From positions 4,712,001 through 4,776,000 of the forward strand of contig NW_025963890.1 in assembly GCF_023055435.1 (NCBI RefSeq): 64,000 bases of DNA, in the 5' to 3' direction. Source of the stretch: Haliotis rufescens (Eukaryota). Made by a program: the position numbers and the translations under genes. The notes below the pieces were generated by a model. The model saw nothing but the letters and a program-made list of their open reading frames with translations, did not search any database and was not told the origin of the DNA. The first letter of the stretch is position 1, and the number at the start of each line of letters is the position of its first letter. Positions 36,479 to 48,742 of this stretch are shown one piece after another.

Positions 36479-36704
36479 ACAAGACTGCTTCACCTACCTA
36501 CAAGATTGCTTCACCTACCTACAAGATTGCTTCACCTACCTACAAGACTGCTTCACCTACCTACAAGATTGCTTCACCTACCTACAAGACTGTTTCACCT
36601 ACCTACAAGACTGCTTCACCTACCTACAAGATTGCTTCACCTACCTACAAGACTGCTTCACCTACCTACAAGATTGCTTCACCTACCTACAAGACTGTTT
36701 CACC
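36479..36704. repeat. 21-bp minisatellite, about 10.8 units
   Basis: Unit acaaga(t/c)tgcttcacctacct; source of the QDCFTYL and LLHLPTR pseudo-ORFs. Confidence 0.95.
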
Positions 36705-37940
36705 GTTGAAACCAACATGTTACCGCTATCTAATATTACATATTTATTCTGCAAATCTTTATATCTGCCGAAATCTATTACGCAGATGTCCTAAAGGGTA
36801 TTGATAATGTACAAATTGTTAACTTAATGTCAAACAGTGGTCAAATAACATATATGCAGTCTGATATGCAGTATATATGTTACATCCAATTTGTGCAACT
36901 GCCCATAACGTGTCTTCCCCCACCAGTTGCACCCGTCGACCATAAACACATGCGAAGGCAAGTCAAATGTTCACTTGAAAAAAACACGGGGACATATGGT
37001 GAAAGTCAAAATAGGAAATTCCATCACATATAATGTTTGGCTCTGATGCGTCAGATTAACGTACCTGAACGTGAACGAGATAATACCGGGCACACATACC
37101 TTCAGCTTTCTACATCCAGGACGTTCCGAAGCACACGCGTTAGTAAGCTCACTCCATATGTTCTTCAATAATCATGGTATGCGACTGATTGTGCACTCAA
37201 TCCATAACATACTATAGTCCATGTAGACTAAGCCGTTGGATGCTCTGTATGGCACTGCCGAGAGAGGAACCTGGTTAAGAACCTCCTTATCGATCGTTCC
37301 TCGGGGGAAATGACAAGATGTTTTAAATTGGAAATCATCTTTCTCTCTGACGTGTGAATTATGAAGAGAGGACGTGCCAAATTGTGTTATTCATGCCATG
37401 CACGTGCAGTACCCACCACACAACCTGTGCAACGATAACCGGGCTTGTGATTATCGATTTTTATTGAGGAGATGGGGGATCCAATAAGATTGTCCCCCTT
37501 GATGGCCTGGCGTCAGGCTGATCATATTTGATTACCCGTCATGGCAATCTGCTTTCGGAAATGTCTTTTCAAATTCGCAAGGAGCATGTACGATGTTCCT
37601 AAAGTGTGAGATCGGCGCCGTTACCGTGAAAGGGCTTCGGTGTATCTGGTTTGTTCACTTAAATTAGTTCCTGTCCATCAAAGAGAAATTGAAAATCGCT
37701 CCGAAGTTGAAATAGGAAAGGATTCGACATTGAACGTTGACTTTCCAGTTTCTTTGACCTTCACCAAAGAGCTGGGCCCCGACATTATACATCTCGGCGT
37801 GAATTAGAACCTTTTCTACAAATGTAGTTCCCAAATCCGTTATATAACTTAGGCTAGAGCTGAATCCTCAACTGCCTCTGCCAAAAAAATCATAAGCATC
37901 TCTTGATGAAGTGGAATCAAAAATATATTCGAATTAAATA

Positions 37941-38113
37941 CAGTAAACTACGGTTATAACGAACACGCTTATAACGAACTGACGAATATAACGGACTTAC
38001 TTTTTGGTCCCGACTATTTGCTGTAGTTATGCTGTATATGGTTTTAACGAACTACAGTTATAACGAACTAAAACTAGTAGTCCCTTTGAGTTCGTTATAA
38101 CCGTAGTTTACTG
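37941..38113. mobile_element. MITE, same family as 35121-35294, opposite orientation
   Basis: ta|CAGTAAACTACGGTTATAACGAAC ... GTTCGTTATAACCGTAGTTTACTG|ta: perfect 24-bp TIRs. Confidence 0.93.
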
Positions 38114-38299
38114 TATATGAACTTTTATTCGACGTTTTCCAGCTGCAACATTACTCGATTATGATAGGTGACGTAGCGATGCCATGAAATGTCGAGACAT
38201 TAGGTCATCTTATTTATTTCCCCGTCTGATGCAAATAAAGGCGCCAAACTTTTCCATTAATCGTAAGAAATATCCATTGTACAATTCCAACTCTATCAC

Positions 38300-39070
38300 A
38301 AGCATTTCTTTGTGAATCACTATCAAATAGTGATGATACCTGGTGTTCGCGAAAATGTAAGCGTATCCTGGTTCACCGGTAGCACCCGTCACAAAAACAT
38401 GCGAAGGCAAGTCAAATGTTCACCTGAACACGGTTCCTAAACCACACAAAAATATATATATTTGTGTGGATTATAAACATAAGTCTAAGTCTAAACATAC
38501 CTTTTTAAGATATGTTTAGACTTCCACAATCACAGTTAAACGAGTTACCTTGGCTTTCATTCGTTCGTCCGTTCATTTTATTTATTCGTTTAGATGGGCA
38601 TTTAATTTCTCCAAGTACTGCATCCTTCAATATACATTTATTATTTCCTCAGATATTTATGTTATCAACTTGAAAAAGGTTTTATGTTATAAACGAAGCT
38701 ACCAATGCAAATAAAAGCGACAAAATAATAATTGCATCGGACATCAGTTTTGTCACTGATGCGTCAAATTTAGAAATGTCCTCCGTAAAACCTTTTGAAA
38801 GCTTTACTGAGACCTTCAATAAGCAATCTCTACTAAAAGAGTCCATTGTTCGATACATGTGTTTTTGAATCACTACCAAGGATGAGGCTATCCAATCCCA
38901 GCGGTGAAACCCGTCACAAACACATGAAAAGGCAAGTCAACTTTTACCAAAGCATATCAGGACGCCTATAGTACGATTCCGACTTGACATGAGCATGTGT
39001 TTAAATTATCATTATCAAATAATGATGACACCAGGTGTTCGCTAGAGGTGAGTATATCCTGAACCAGGTG
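38300..39070. repeat. Cluster of old repeat fragments (family G); related pieces at 36920-36990 and, inverted, 63700-63880
   Basis: Recurrent cacccgtcacaaacacatgcgaaggcaagtcaaatgttcac, atcaaata.tgatga.acc.ggtgttcgc and actgatgcgtcaaattt.gaaatgtc. Confidence 0.7.
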
Positions 39071-39889
39071 AGATGCGAACACGTATCGATCTCCACCACG
39101 GCACACGTGTGGTGCAACTCTTAAGGACGGTACGGTTTTCATCGTTGTGAGATCATATCTATTTTTGCCACAGTGCAATTCATATCTATCAAATTATATC
39201 GTAAAGAAGATTTAGTCATTCATTTCACGCCGTGCTAAATGTACCAGTCACCGGCCTGACAGTGATATATTAATATACAGGCCACCGGAGCTTTTGGTTC
39301 AAATATGTCAATAGATTGTCAGTTTCAACATCAGACAACTCAATCTATGTTCTAGCAGTTGTAGTGATAGGTATAATTCCGCCCACAATGTCAGACTGAC
39401 GTAGCATGTATTGATTGCCCATGGGTCCTTCGTTTCAAAAGTGTCCTGTAAAACTTAGAGTGAGTGAGTGAGTTAGGTTAAACCCCGCTTTTTACATTAT
39501 TCCAGTTATATCACTGCGTGTCAGCTTTATGTGGGAGGAAAGCCCGAAGTAATGTAGACGTTTACCACTTCGGTAAAACCCACGACCACGGGTTTCGTGA
39601 CATGAATGATTTTACTTCTTTTATTTATTGGAACAAAACTTTATTGTTTCATGTAACTTTTTGTAATTGGGAAGTAAAATGAAAATTACACCTCTGTTCA
39701 CTGACGTTATTAGTCTGTCATGTGACGATATCGTGACGGAATAATGAATTAGAACATCTTCTAAAAGGCAATAGTGAAATCGATCGACAATTATTTAGAT
39801 ACTCGCACAACTAAAGACACAGGTGCTTAAATGCCGCTTAATGGATACCCATCATACTTGTCGCTACCATGACCCGTAACCCCCCAGTA

Positions 39890-41075
39890 CAGCTAGAACT
39901 TCCCTAGGTAAGGTCCTTCCATACAAATGGAAAATCTCTCATAAACGCCTTTCCTTGTCTAAAGCTGGAACTTCTCTAAATAAAGCCTCTCCAAAACAAC
40001 TGCAAAAATATATAGCCTCCACGTGCAACTAGAACATCTCGACGTATTGCCCTTCAATACAACTAGAACACCTCGACGTATTGCCCTCCCATATAACTAG
40101 AACTTCTCTACCTATTGCCCTTCCACTCAACTAGAACTTCTCTACCTATTGCCCTTCCACTCAACTAGAACATCTCTACGAATTGCCCTTCCACTCAACA
40201 AGAACATCTCTACAAATTGCCCTTCCACTCAACTAGAACATCTCTACGAATTGCCTTCTATTCAACTAGAACTTCTCTACCTATTGCCCTTCCACTCAAC
40301 TAGAACATCTCTACAAATTGCCCTTCCATTCAACTAGAACATTCCCACGTATTGCCCTTCCACTCAACTAGAATATCCCTACGTAGTGCCCTTCCACCCA
40401 ACTAGAATATCCCTACGTATTGCCCTTCCACTCAACTAGAACATTCCCACGTATTGCCCTTCCACTCAACTAGAATATCCCTACGTATTGCCCTTCCACT
40501 CAACTAGAATATCCCTACGTATTGCCCTTCCACTCAACTAGAATATCCCTACGTATTGCCCTTCCACTCGACTAGAATACATTTACGAATTGCCCTTCCA
40601 TTCACCTGAAACTTCTCTACAAAGAGCCCTTCCTTACAGCTGGAACATCGTTGCATTAAGCCCTTGCGAACAATTGGAACCTCTCTGAGTAAAGAGCTTA
40701 CATACACCTGGTACTTCTCTAAGAATAGGCAATCCATATAACGGGAACACACATAAGCAGAGCCCTTCCATTCAATTGAATCACCTCTGCACAAACCCCT
40801 TCCACACAACTGGACCATCTCCGCACAAACCCTTTGATTCAACTGGAACATATCTACGTACAAAAAAAACATCCATTCAACTGGAATATCTCTTAGGAAA
40901 GCCTTTATATACAGCTTGAACAGCCTTTCTATAGAACTGGAACATATCCATTTAGAGCCCTTTTATTATGATTAAAACACTGGAACATCCCCACGTAAAG
41001 CCTATCCAACTGGAACCCCAAGGTAAGTATAGGCTTCGTATAACTAGTACATGTCTGTGTGTAGCCCTTCCATGC
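39890..41075. repeat. 34-bp minisatellite with homogeneous core (about 40026-40590) and decayed flanks
   Basis: Unit attgcccttccactcaactagaacatctctacga; about 35 units including degenerate ones. Confidence 0.93.
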
Positions 41076-42367
41076 AACATCTCGGCGTCATTGGTATTGA
41101 TTAATTCACTGTGATTCCCGGGGAGCTGACGGAGCTCCGTTATATTTGTTGACAAGCTATAATTTCCCAACATCGACGGGTAATACATTAACTTGTAGGC
41201 AAAATGTCATTTCGTATTTCAAATGCGGACTTCTATCACAGTTCTATGTGGTGTGAATATTAAATCCTGGACTCTCTATGACATTCTAGAAAAGGCCAAG
41301 CTCCATAGCGTCTCTCCGATCTTTTGACTGCTGTTCAACAGCTTGTCTCCGAATCAGTTACATGATACCTGTCTGTCTGCTTCTCAGTAATCAGCATCAG
41401 ACATGAAGATCCTTTATTTCCAAACAATTTGTTATTGCAAACATCATAGTAAATCTTAGATACATTAGCTTAAGGATAACGTTCAGATACATTTTGAAGA
41501 CAGGTGCTGTTATACTGTTCTTTCGTGATGATAAACTCTCGAAATTACAACACAAATCTATAACGTTTGTTGTTATATTGTTTTGTTTTATGTAGATATT
41601 GTTTAGGTTTAGAGGAAATGGCGCTGTAGAAAACACACAAACTACCCAAATAAGGCATCTAACATATAAGTATTTTCCCAACATATATTTTGTTGTACTC
41701 TTACGGTTGATTGACCATTGCATGTATAATTGTAATCGTATTCAATCATTTGTATGATCATGACAATGACACGATCAGAAAGACTTTAACTGTGATGTTA
41801 CAACATCAAACTACCATGATCATACCAATTTTGGAACAGTGATACTGGTCCTGGTAATGAGAACATTGACGAATCTGTTCAAGGTAACTTTTTATGCAAG
41901 ATAAAACTGACGCATGTACACAAGGCAAGATATATACAACAGAAACATATATGTACACTAAACACGCTTTGAAATGTCGACGGGAGGCACTAAATGGCTG
42001 TGTGCTGTCGATGTCTTTCATATCTTCCAAAAAATGTCCGTACTGATGTTTTGACAATAGAGACAGATTAACGGATGTGTTACACAATTGTAATGGATTG
42101 TTTTATTCATGCAATAAAAATAAAGAAATCACGAGCTGCAATGGATTAACAATCTGTTCTGATATTTGATGAAGAATAATCTAACTCTTAGAATTCGTCC
42201 AGAAAACATTACTTTTCAGCTTATTGATTGTAGGATTGTTGTTATAAGGGACAATTGCATTGGTCGGATATAGTATCCACTTGGGCAAAAAGTTGTGGTC
42301 TCTCAGATCTATCCAACATGCAGACCATCATTTATCACAACCGCAGGACAACGGGGTCCTCAGCACG

Positions 42368-43251
42368 TCATTTTCCTATTATAGATTCCACCGAGAATTT
42401 CAGAGGCGCCGCTTTCACTATCTTCGTGTACACATCCCCCGCCTCGTCACTTGATGAGGCCGGACTGTGTGGGCTATGTGGACTGTGAGGACTGTGGGGA
42501 CTGGGGGAACTACTGTCACTGAGGACGGAAACAGAGTCCGAGGACACACAGGACTGAGACGGAGTTGGGAGTAGGGACTGAAAGGCAGATCGTCGAGCAA
42601 TCAAATCTTCTGTACTTATAGCTTTCCTCATGTCCACGTGGTTCGTCTCTGACTTCCGGCCCGAACTTTGTGCCGTGTGCATCTGTACTGTGGGGCATGC
42701 TGGGAACACACCAGCCGCCATATTCATTTGAAGCGCCCATGGTGGGAAGTTCATTGCACATAGAGAGTTCTGCATATGGACGTTAGGAATTAGTTCTGGA
42801 GGGGGAGCTTTTAATCCTATCATTGGCACAGGAAACTGATATGGCATCATTTTCGCCGCTAGAGCTTGATGCTGCCTAACTGGAGCAAGAGCCTCTGATT
42901 TTAATCCAGAGGCCAACTGTTCTATTGCCCGTTCAAGATCACCACCGCAGCCTTGCCAAACCAACTCCAGCACATTGGGATTGTGAGTTGGGAAAATTCT
43001 CTGAAGAAACTCTCGTGGCGTCATATTGCCTACGAGAAGACGTGATTTGGACAGCTCTATATTCCGGATGGGGGTTGTCTCCCCTGCTTCACGACTCTTT
43101 ACGATTTCTGCCTGTCTCTCTCTTTCCAGCATGACAAGCTCTAACTCCTTGTCAGCGAAGCACCTCCTCTTCCTCATCCTCTCGTTCATATAGGGTACCA
43201 TGGTACGGAGGGACTCCGGTTGGGGAAGTGCGTGTAGTCGGGCACGGTAAC
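42368..43251 (-). CDS. dmrt2: Dmrt2-type gene, last coding exon (884 nt): Dmrt2 motif, DMA-like domain, eh1-like C-terminus
   Basis: Acceptor tgttgctAG (43253-43252), phase 1 consistent with exon 2. ERMRKRRCFADKELELVMLERE resembles vertebrate DMRT2 DRMRKRRAFADKELENIMLERE; PREFLQRIFP...VLELVWQGCGGDLERAIEQL is DMA-like; ends PLKFSVESIIGK. CDS total 365+137+884=1386 nt. Confidence 0.94.
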
Positions 43252-45635
43252 CTAGCAACAGAAGATTACATCAGTGAAAATTCATATAGTGTCATCTTTT
43301 ATGATCCTGTTATGTTTACTGTGAGATGTTTAGGGTTAACAATCTTCTAGATTAAAATAGAGAGTCATTATGCTACTACCTTATAGCTTTCGACTTTCAC
43401 TTAAAGTCTTTCAAACCACGCCATCGGATCCACTCCAGTATGCTTAGACACATAAACGCACGGATTATATAGCCGCTAACAGCTTTGTTTATGGAGTTTA
43501 AACGTCCAGTAGAATTTTAAGAAACATATGCACACACAGTCCGATAAAAATAATGTTTAAATGTTTTCAACGATACCTTGCTAGATGTTTCCCACACATG
43601 TTCTTTTCTATATTTTTTTGTAAGTGAGTGAGTTTGATTTTATGCCGTGTTCATCAATATTCCAGCAATATCAGGGCGGGAAATCAGAAATCGGCTTCAC
43701 ACACTTTAGCCAGTTTGACACTAGGTTTTCAAATATTAATAATTAAGCCTGTTTCATAACCTGTGACGTCAAATTTTAATATTGCGAATTACTTATTAAA
43801 CCCCATTGTCGAGTTGTTTTGTCAAAGGTTAACATACTATCATCCACATAATCTTCCTTCTCGTATAATCCTAGATACGAGAGACCCACTCTGAATCCTC
43901 TATCAGTCACACATTCCTGTAGTTTTAATTCCTATCCTCCTTGCATTCCCACTGTACACGGGATTACATGTTTTACAAGATGAAAGGGTGTTTGTGATCC
44001 CGCCCCCACCGTGGGATGTGCCCTGATCTGACTCGCCTTACACAGTGAACTCAAACACCGTGTATACAACACCCTCTAACCAAAGATATACATTGAAGAT
44101 AAAGTAAATCTCAACATAAGCATCATATTATCACTACGCTCCTTGAAATTCTCCGAGGTGTTTTTTGAGTAACCTTAATCCCGACACAAGAACAAGAACA
44201 GTAACAAATCAGTTGGGTGGGTACAGATGGGTTATATCACTCGCTAGGGGGCGCACTACACCAAAGGCAGCGCCCCCTATGCAACAACTCTGATCAAATG
44301 GCAGATGGTTGTAATAAAACTAACAACGACAACAATTCCTTAGCTTCCATCACACCACGGAGAAGGGAATACGTATCCGGTGTTAGAGGATGTGCAAGTG
44401 TGAACCTGTTTTTTGGGTGTAGCTTACTGAATAAATGTGTTTTTATCTTCGATGTAACGTACGGTACAGCAGGGATTATATTTGGAACGAGCGACCGGCG
44501 AGTGTTGATGGAAATGTATACATCTACACTGTGTCTGTCGTGATCTGCCATGGAGTTTTCTAATACACTGTAATATGTTGTGAAAGGAACTGTAACCTAT
44601 TATTCAATGTTAGATGCTTCATCACAATGATGTATGGTACAGTGAGCAACGGAAACTGCAGATACCACAAAAAAACACACAAAAAACGTCTGACAAAGTT
44701 GATGAATTGGGGAATTACTCTCTATACCGATGGTTTTGGTATTGATTGTGTTGGCATTCCATTTTGATGGGGCCAGCAAGTTCCTGTTATCACCAATCGA
44801 GCATCCCGGCTATTTTATAGATTCTTCTGTACTGGTATTCTTATGCAACGGTAGTCACTGTCGGAGAAATTCAAATACGCTTTCCTTTTGTGTCCATTTA
44901 TTAAAAAAAGGATTTTAACCCCAACCTTAAACAAACGCATTTTCATTGTTCAAGCAAATGTGATCGATAAACCCATCAATCCACGTGGCTGTGATTTACA
45001 TGGGACCATGTTCAAACGGCCTGGTACCCATCAATCTAATTAAAATCAGATCTCTCACTCCGAAACGATGCCTCTCTGTGTAAAGATCTCAGGATGCAGA
45101 GTAGGCACAAACACACAGCAACAGTGGTATTTGAGAGATTTTGCGAGGACTGCCAAATCGTCGGAGACGTGACTCTTTTAATCTTGTGATAGTGACAGGG
45201 TCATACATACACAGTCAGTCAAATCGACCTTATACTTAAGCGGCAGTGGGTGATAATACTTAATACTAGTATGTCCTTGAGTTTTCTAGTATATAATGTT
45301 TCAACAACAAAATATTAACCTCGGAAAGTCGTTTCACTTTTTACTCTCGAATAAATCAAACAAATATCTTACAACTAACGTTGTGTTTTCTATTCTAGCG
45401 AAAGTCTGTCAAGTGATTCAAATACCTTTATGTAGTTACATTATAAAATCGTTCATGATATACCTGGAGAGAGAGAATCGTGATAGATCACCGTTGTGAC
45501 TATATCAAACTGATTGGTGTTTCTGTGTGACTGACTAAGAATATCAGCGAGCACCATGAGAATCATTACATTATATAGAAAATCAATCGCTGTCGGTGCT
45601 GCATGTGCATGCGTCCACTACCCTGTATACGTATT

Positions 45636-46085
45636 TGTTGTAGATGATGTAGATGTTGTTGTTGATGTAGATGTTGTTGATGATGTATAAGATGTAGATA
45701 TTGTTTGAAAAAGTATTTGTTGCAGGTGATGATGTTGAAGATGATGTAGATGTTGCAGATGTTGAAGTTGTTGTAGATGATGTAGATGTTGTAGTTGATG
45801 TAGATGATGTAGATGTTCCAGATGATGACGATGATGTTGTAGATGATGTAGATGTTGATGATGAAGATGTTGTAGCTGTTGGAGATGGTGTAGATGTTGT
45901 AGATGAGGATGATGATGATGTAGATGTTGTTTGATAAAGTATTTGTTGTAGATGATGATGTTGGAGAAGATGTAGATGTTGTAGATGTTGTAGATAATGT
46001 AGATGTTGATGATGTTGTGATAATGTATTTGTTGTTGACGATGTAGATAGCGTAGACGACGTAGAAGTTGTAGATGATGTAGATA
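45636..46085. repeat. Compound trinucleotide repeat (GAT/GTA/GTT) at the start of the Dmrt2 intron after coding exon 2
   Basis: gtagatgatgtagatgttgtt... low-complexity tract. Confidence 0.92.
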
Positions 46086-46101
46086 CAGTAGGTGTACTTA
46101 C

Positions 46102-46238
46102 TGGTGAGGATGTCGCGGGACAGGGAGTGCTGCTGCAGACTCCGGAGGTTCCTCTGCAGGAGTTTCCGCTGCTGCAGCAGAGAGGCGGCACTCTTCACCT
46201 TGGCCTTCATCTGTCCCGTCATCTCCGTGGCCTGATGC
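46102..46238 (-). CDS. dmrt2: Dmrt2-type gene, coding exon 2 (137 nt)
   Basis: Acceptor tgttgcAG (46240-46239) and donor A|GTAAGT (46101). Joins in frame to give ALRR-HQATE, like RRQQATE in vertebrate DMRT2, and ends ...SLSRDILT. Confidence 0.92.
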
Positions 46239-46264
46239 CTGCAACAGTAGAGGAGCACTTGACG

Positions 46265-46640
46265 TGAAACACTTTGTGTGTAGCTTGTAATGTCTTGTGA
46301 ATGATGTGTAGCACGTTGTGTATAACTTGTAATACTTTGTCTATCACCAACAACACTTTATGTATAACTGTAACACTTCATGTAGTAATACTTTGTGTAT
46401 AATATGTTATACTTTGTATATAACTAGTAATACTTTGTAGATGACGTTATTCTTTGTGTCTAACTTGTAATACTTTGCGAATGACATGTAACTATCAGTG
46501 TATAACTAGCAATACTTTGTGAATGATATGTAACACTTCGTGCATAACTAGTAGTACTATAGCAATAGTCACACATAGTATGTGACCAGTAATACTTAAA
46601 GAATGACCTTTGGAACTTTCCGTAAGGCATGTAATACTCT
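46265..46640. repeat. Degenerate 21-22 bp tandem repeat
   Basis: Recurring gtaatactttgtgtataactt-like units next to the exon 2 acceptor. Confidence 0.8.
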
Positions 46641-46783
46641 ACGCCGCTTTTAGCAATATTCCAGCAATATCACGGCGGGGGACACCAGAAATGGGCTTTA
46701 CACATTGTACCCATGTCGGGAATCGAACCCGGGTCTTCGGCGTGACGAGCGAACGCTTTAACCACTAGGCTACCCGACCGCCC
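46641..46783 (-). mobile_element. SINE family A, young copy lacking the tail end
   Basis: Near-identical reverse match to 29150-29295. Confidence 0.93.
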
Positions 46784-48236
46784 TGTAATGTCTGTAAAGG
46801 TGTGTGTAGGAAACATACAAGAACGTGAATAAGTTGTGCTTTTACATCAGCCATATAACAAATAATACATTCATCAAACGCTGTCAATATAGGCAGGAAA
46901 TAATAATAGTAAACATCACAGACGAAGCACATCGATGAAAGTAAAATACTTAAAAAAATAAATGAAGTTTATTGAACCACATATTCACAAATGTATTAAT
47001 TAAAACGAGGCAAATATCTATTCTTACATTCTTACTATAACAATTCAATATATAGACAATAATATTGACAAACAAGTAATTACTGACGCCATCTGTTGGG
47101 TTTGTTATTGGGGAATCAGGGTAATGCGTTAGCTCGTCGCGGAGAAAACCAGGTGTTCAATTCCCAAAGTGGCTACATTATGTGAAGCCAGTTCATGTTA
47201 TCAAAGTGGTGATATGGCTGAAGTAATATCGTTTTGAAACCAAAACTATCACACCTCTGACTGAATCATATTCTCTTGGGTCAATAAATGATTACTTATT
47301 TCAGTAAGACGTTTGTCTAAATGAATGCACTTTGAGTGGTTGGCATGGAATTGCACTCCTATGTAAATCAACCAGCAAGATTAATTTCTTTTTGTCGATG
47401 GTAAGTTTGCAAGAACACACATTGTCAACTTGTACAGGTTTAGCCTAAACATTGAAACAATATACACTGACGATTGATTGGGTGTGACTGAGGCAATTTT
47501 GATTATTTTACGACTTTGTGTGCAGTAAACATGCATAGTTTCACCCTGTCTTGGGGTTATTTTCATTTACAAATGCATCCCTTGTTAACAAGCTAGGATG
47601 TGTGCCATAAGCGTTTATTTGGGCTGGGGAATTAACATTATCAATGATGCCACTATATCGTGCGTTGGGTTCATCGGCGTGAGGGTCCATATATCAGTTC
47701 AAAGTCTCGTAACAGATTAATCATTTCCTGCAGCTATAAATGTTAAAGGCTGTTTGCTTATATGTTTATTAAGACACGCTTTATCATTGACAATTATGTT
47801 TCTTATAATATTGGGTTCAGGTTTAGCCCACGGCTGCACAGAGTGCAAATGTCATATCGCTAATTGGTAACGTTACACGCACTATCGGACGTCAGCACGT
47901 ACTGCACGTGTCGCGCGAGGTAAGCGTTTGTGTGATTCTACTTTTGTTTATGAAAGCTCGCTAATTTGATAAGATAATTAACCTTGAAAATAAATTATTG
48001 TTGACATGATAACGCCAGACGTGACAAGGTGATATTAACATATTTTAGTGAAATGCACTTGGTATTAATCATTTAGATTGTTCGTTCATAGTTTGACGTT
48101 GCCACTGCTAATGATTGAGTAATGCATGTACTGTATCAGTGGGCTGTTTCCAGTTGAGGTATTTGTGATGCTATTAACTTATAGTCAATTTAATTGCCCC
48201 TAGACTAGAATTCCATATGGCGGTTTGAAATGGGTT

Positions 48237-48520
48237 TTTTCGTTTAACACCGCACGCAACAATATTTCAGCTGAATGACGACGGTGTGTAAAGAAACGAG
48301 TCTGGACCAGACTGTCCAATGATTGACATCATGAACATCTACGCAATTGGTATACGATGACATGCATCAACCAAGTCAGCGAGTCCACCCCCCACCCCCC
48401 CACCCCCCCCCCCCCCCACCCCCACCCCCACCACCACCCCCCACCCCCGATCCCGTTATTCGCCCTTTACGACACGTATGGGTAGCTGAAGACCAATTTT
48501 AACACCGATCTTCACAGGTG
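48237..48520 (-). mobile_element. Retroposon family B copy with internal poly-C/CCA expansion
   Basis: B body on both sides of the C tract at 48386-48448. Confidence 0.85.
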
Positions 48521-48683
48521 TCGATAAAAATGAATTATTATGACGTCAGAGTGTCCTGACGTCATAACATATTACATGTCAAATTTTCAAGTATACCTCA
48601 CTACTGATATCTCAACCGTATGTTCTAACTATACTATCCAAAGTTTACTTCCCACCACGTTAACCTTCTTTTTTATATTATTA

Positions 48684-48705
48684 TAATAATAATAATAATA
48701 ATAAT

Positions 48706-48741
<36 letters not shown>
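48684..48741. repeat. (AAT)n(AAC)n compound microsatellite
   Basis: Direct reading. Confidence 0.95.

Positions 48742-48742
<1 letters not shown>

Noticed and set aside
36441-36794. QDCFTYL and LLHLPTR repeat proteins
   Set aside because: Translation of a 21-bp minisatellite; no gene context.
39890-41075. CRISPR-like array
   Set aside because: The variable parts are mutated versions of one unit, not unique spacers; no cas genes; eukaryotic context.
45583-46191. Ser/Thr-rich mucin-like ORF and antisense Asp/Val-rich ORF
   Set aside because: Alternative frames of an intronic trinucleotide tract overlapping the true Dmrt2 exon.
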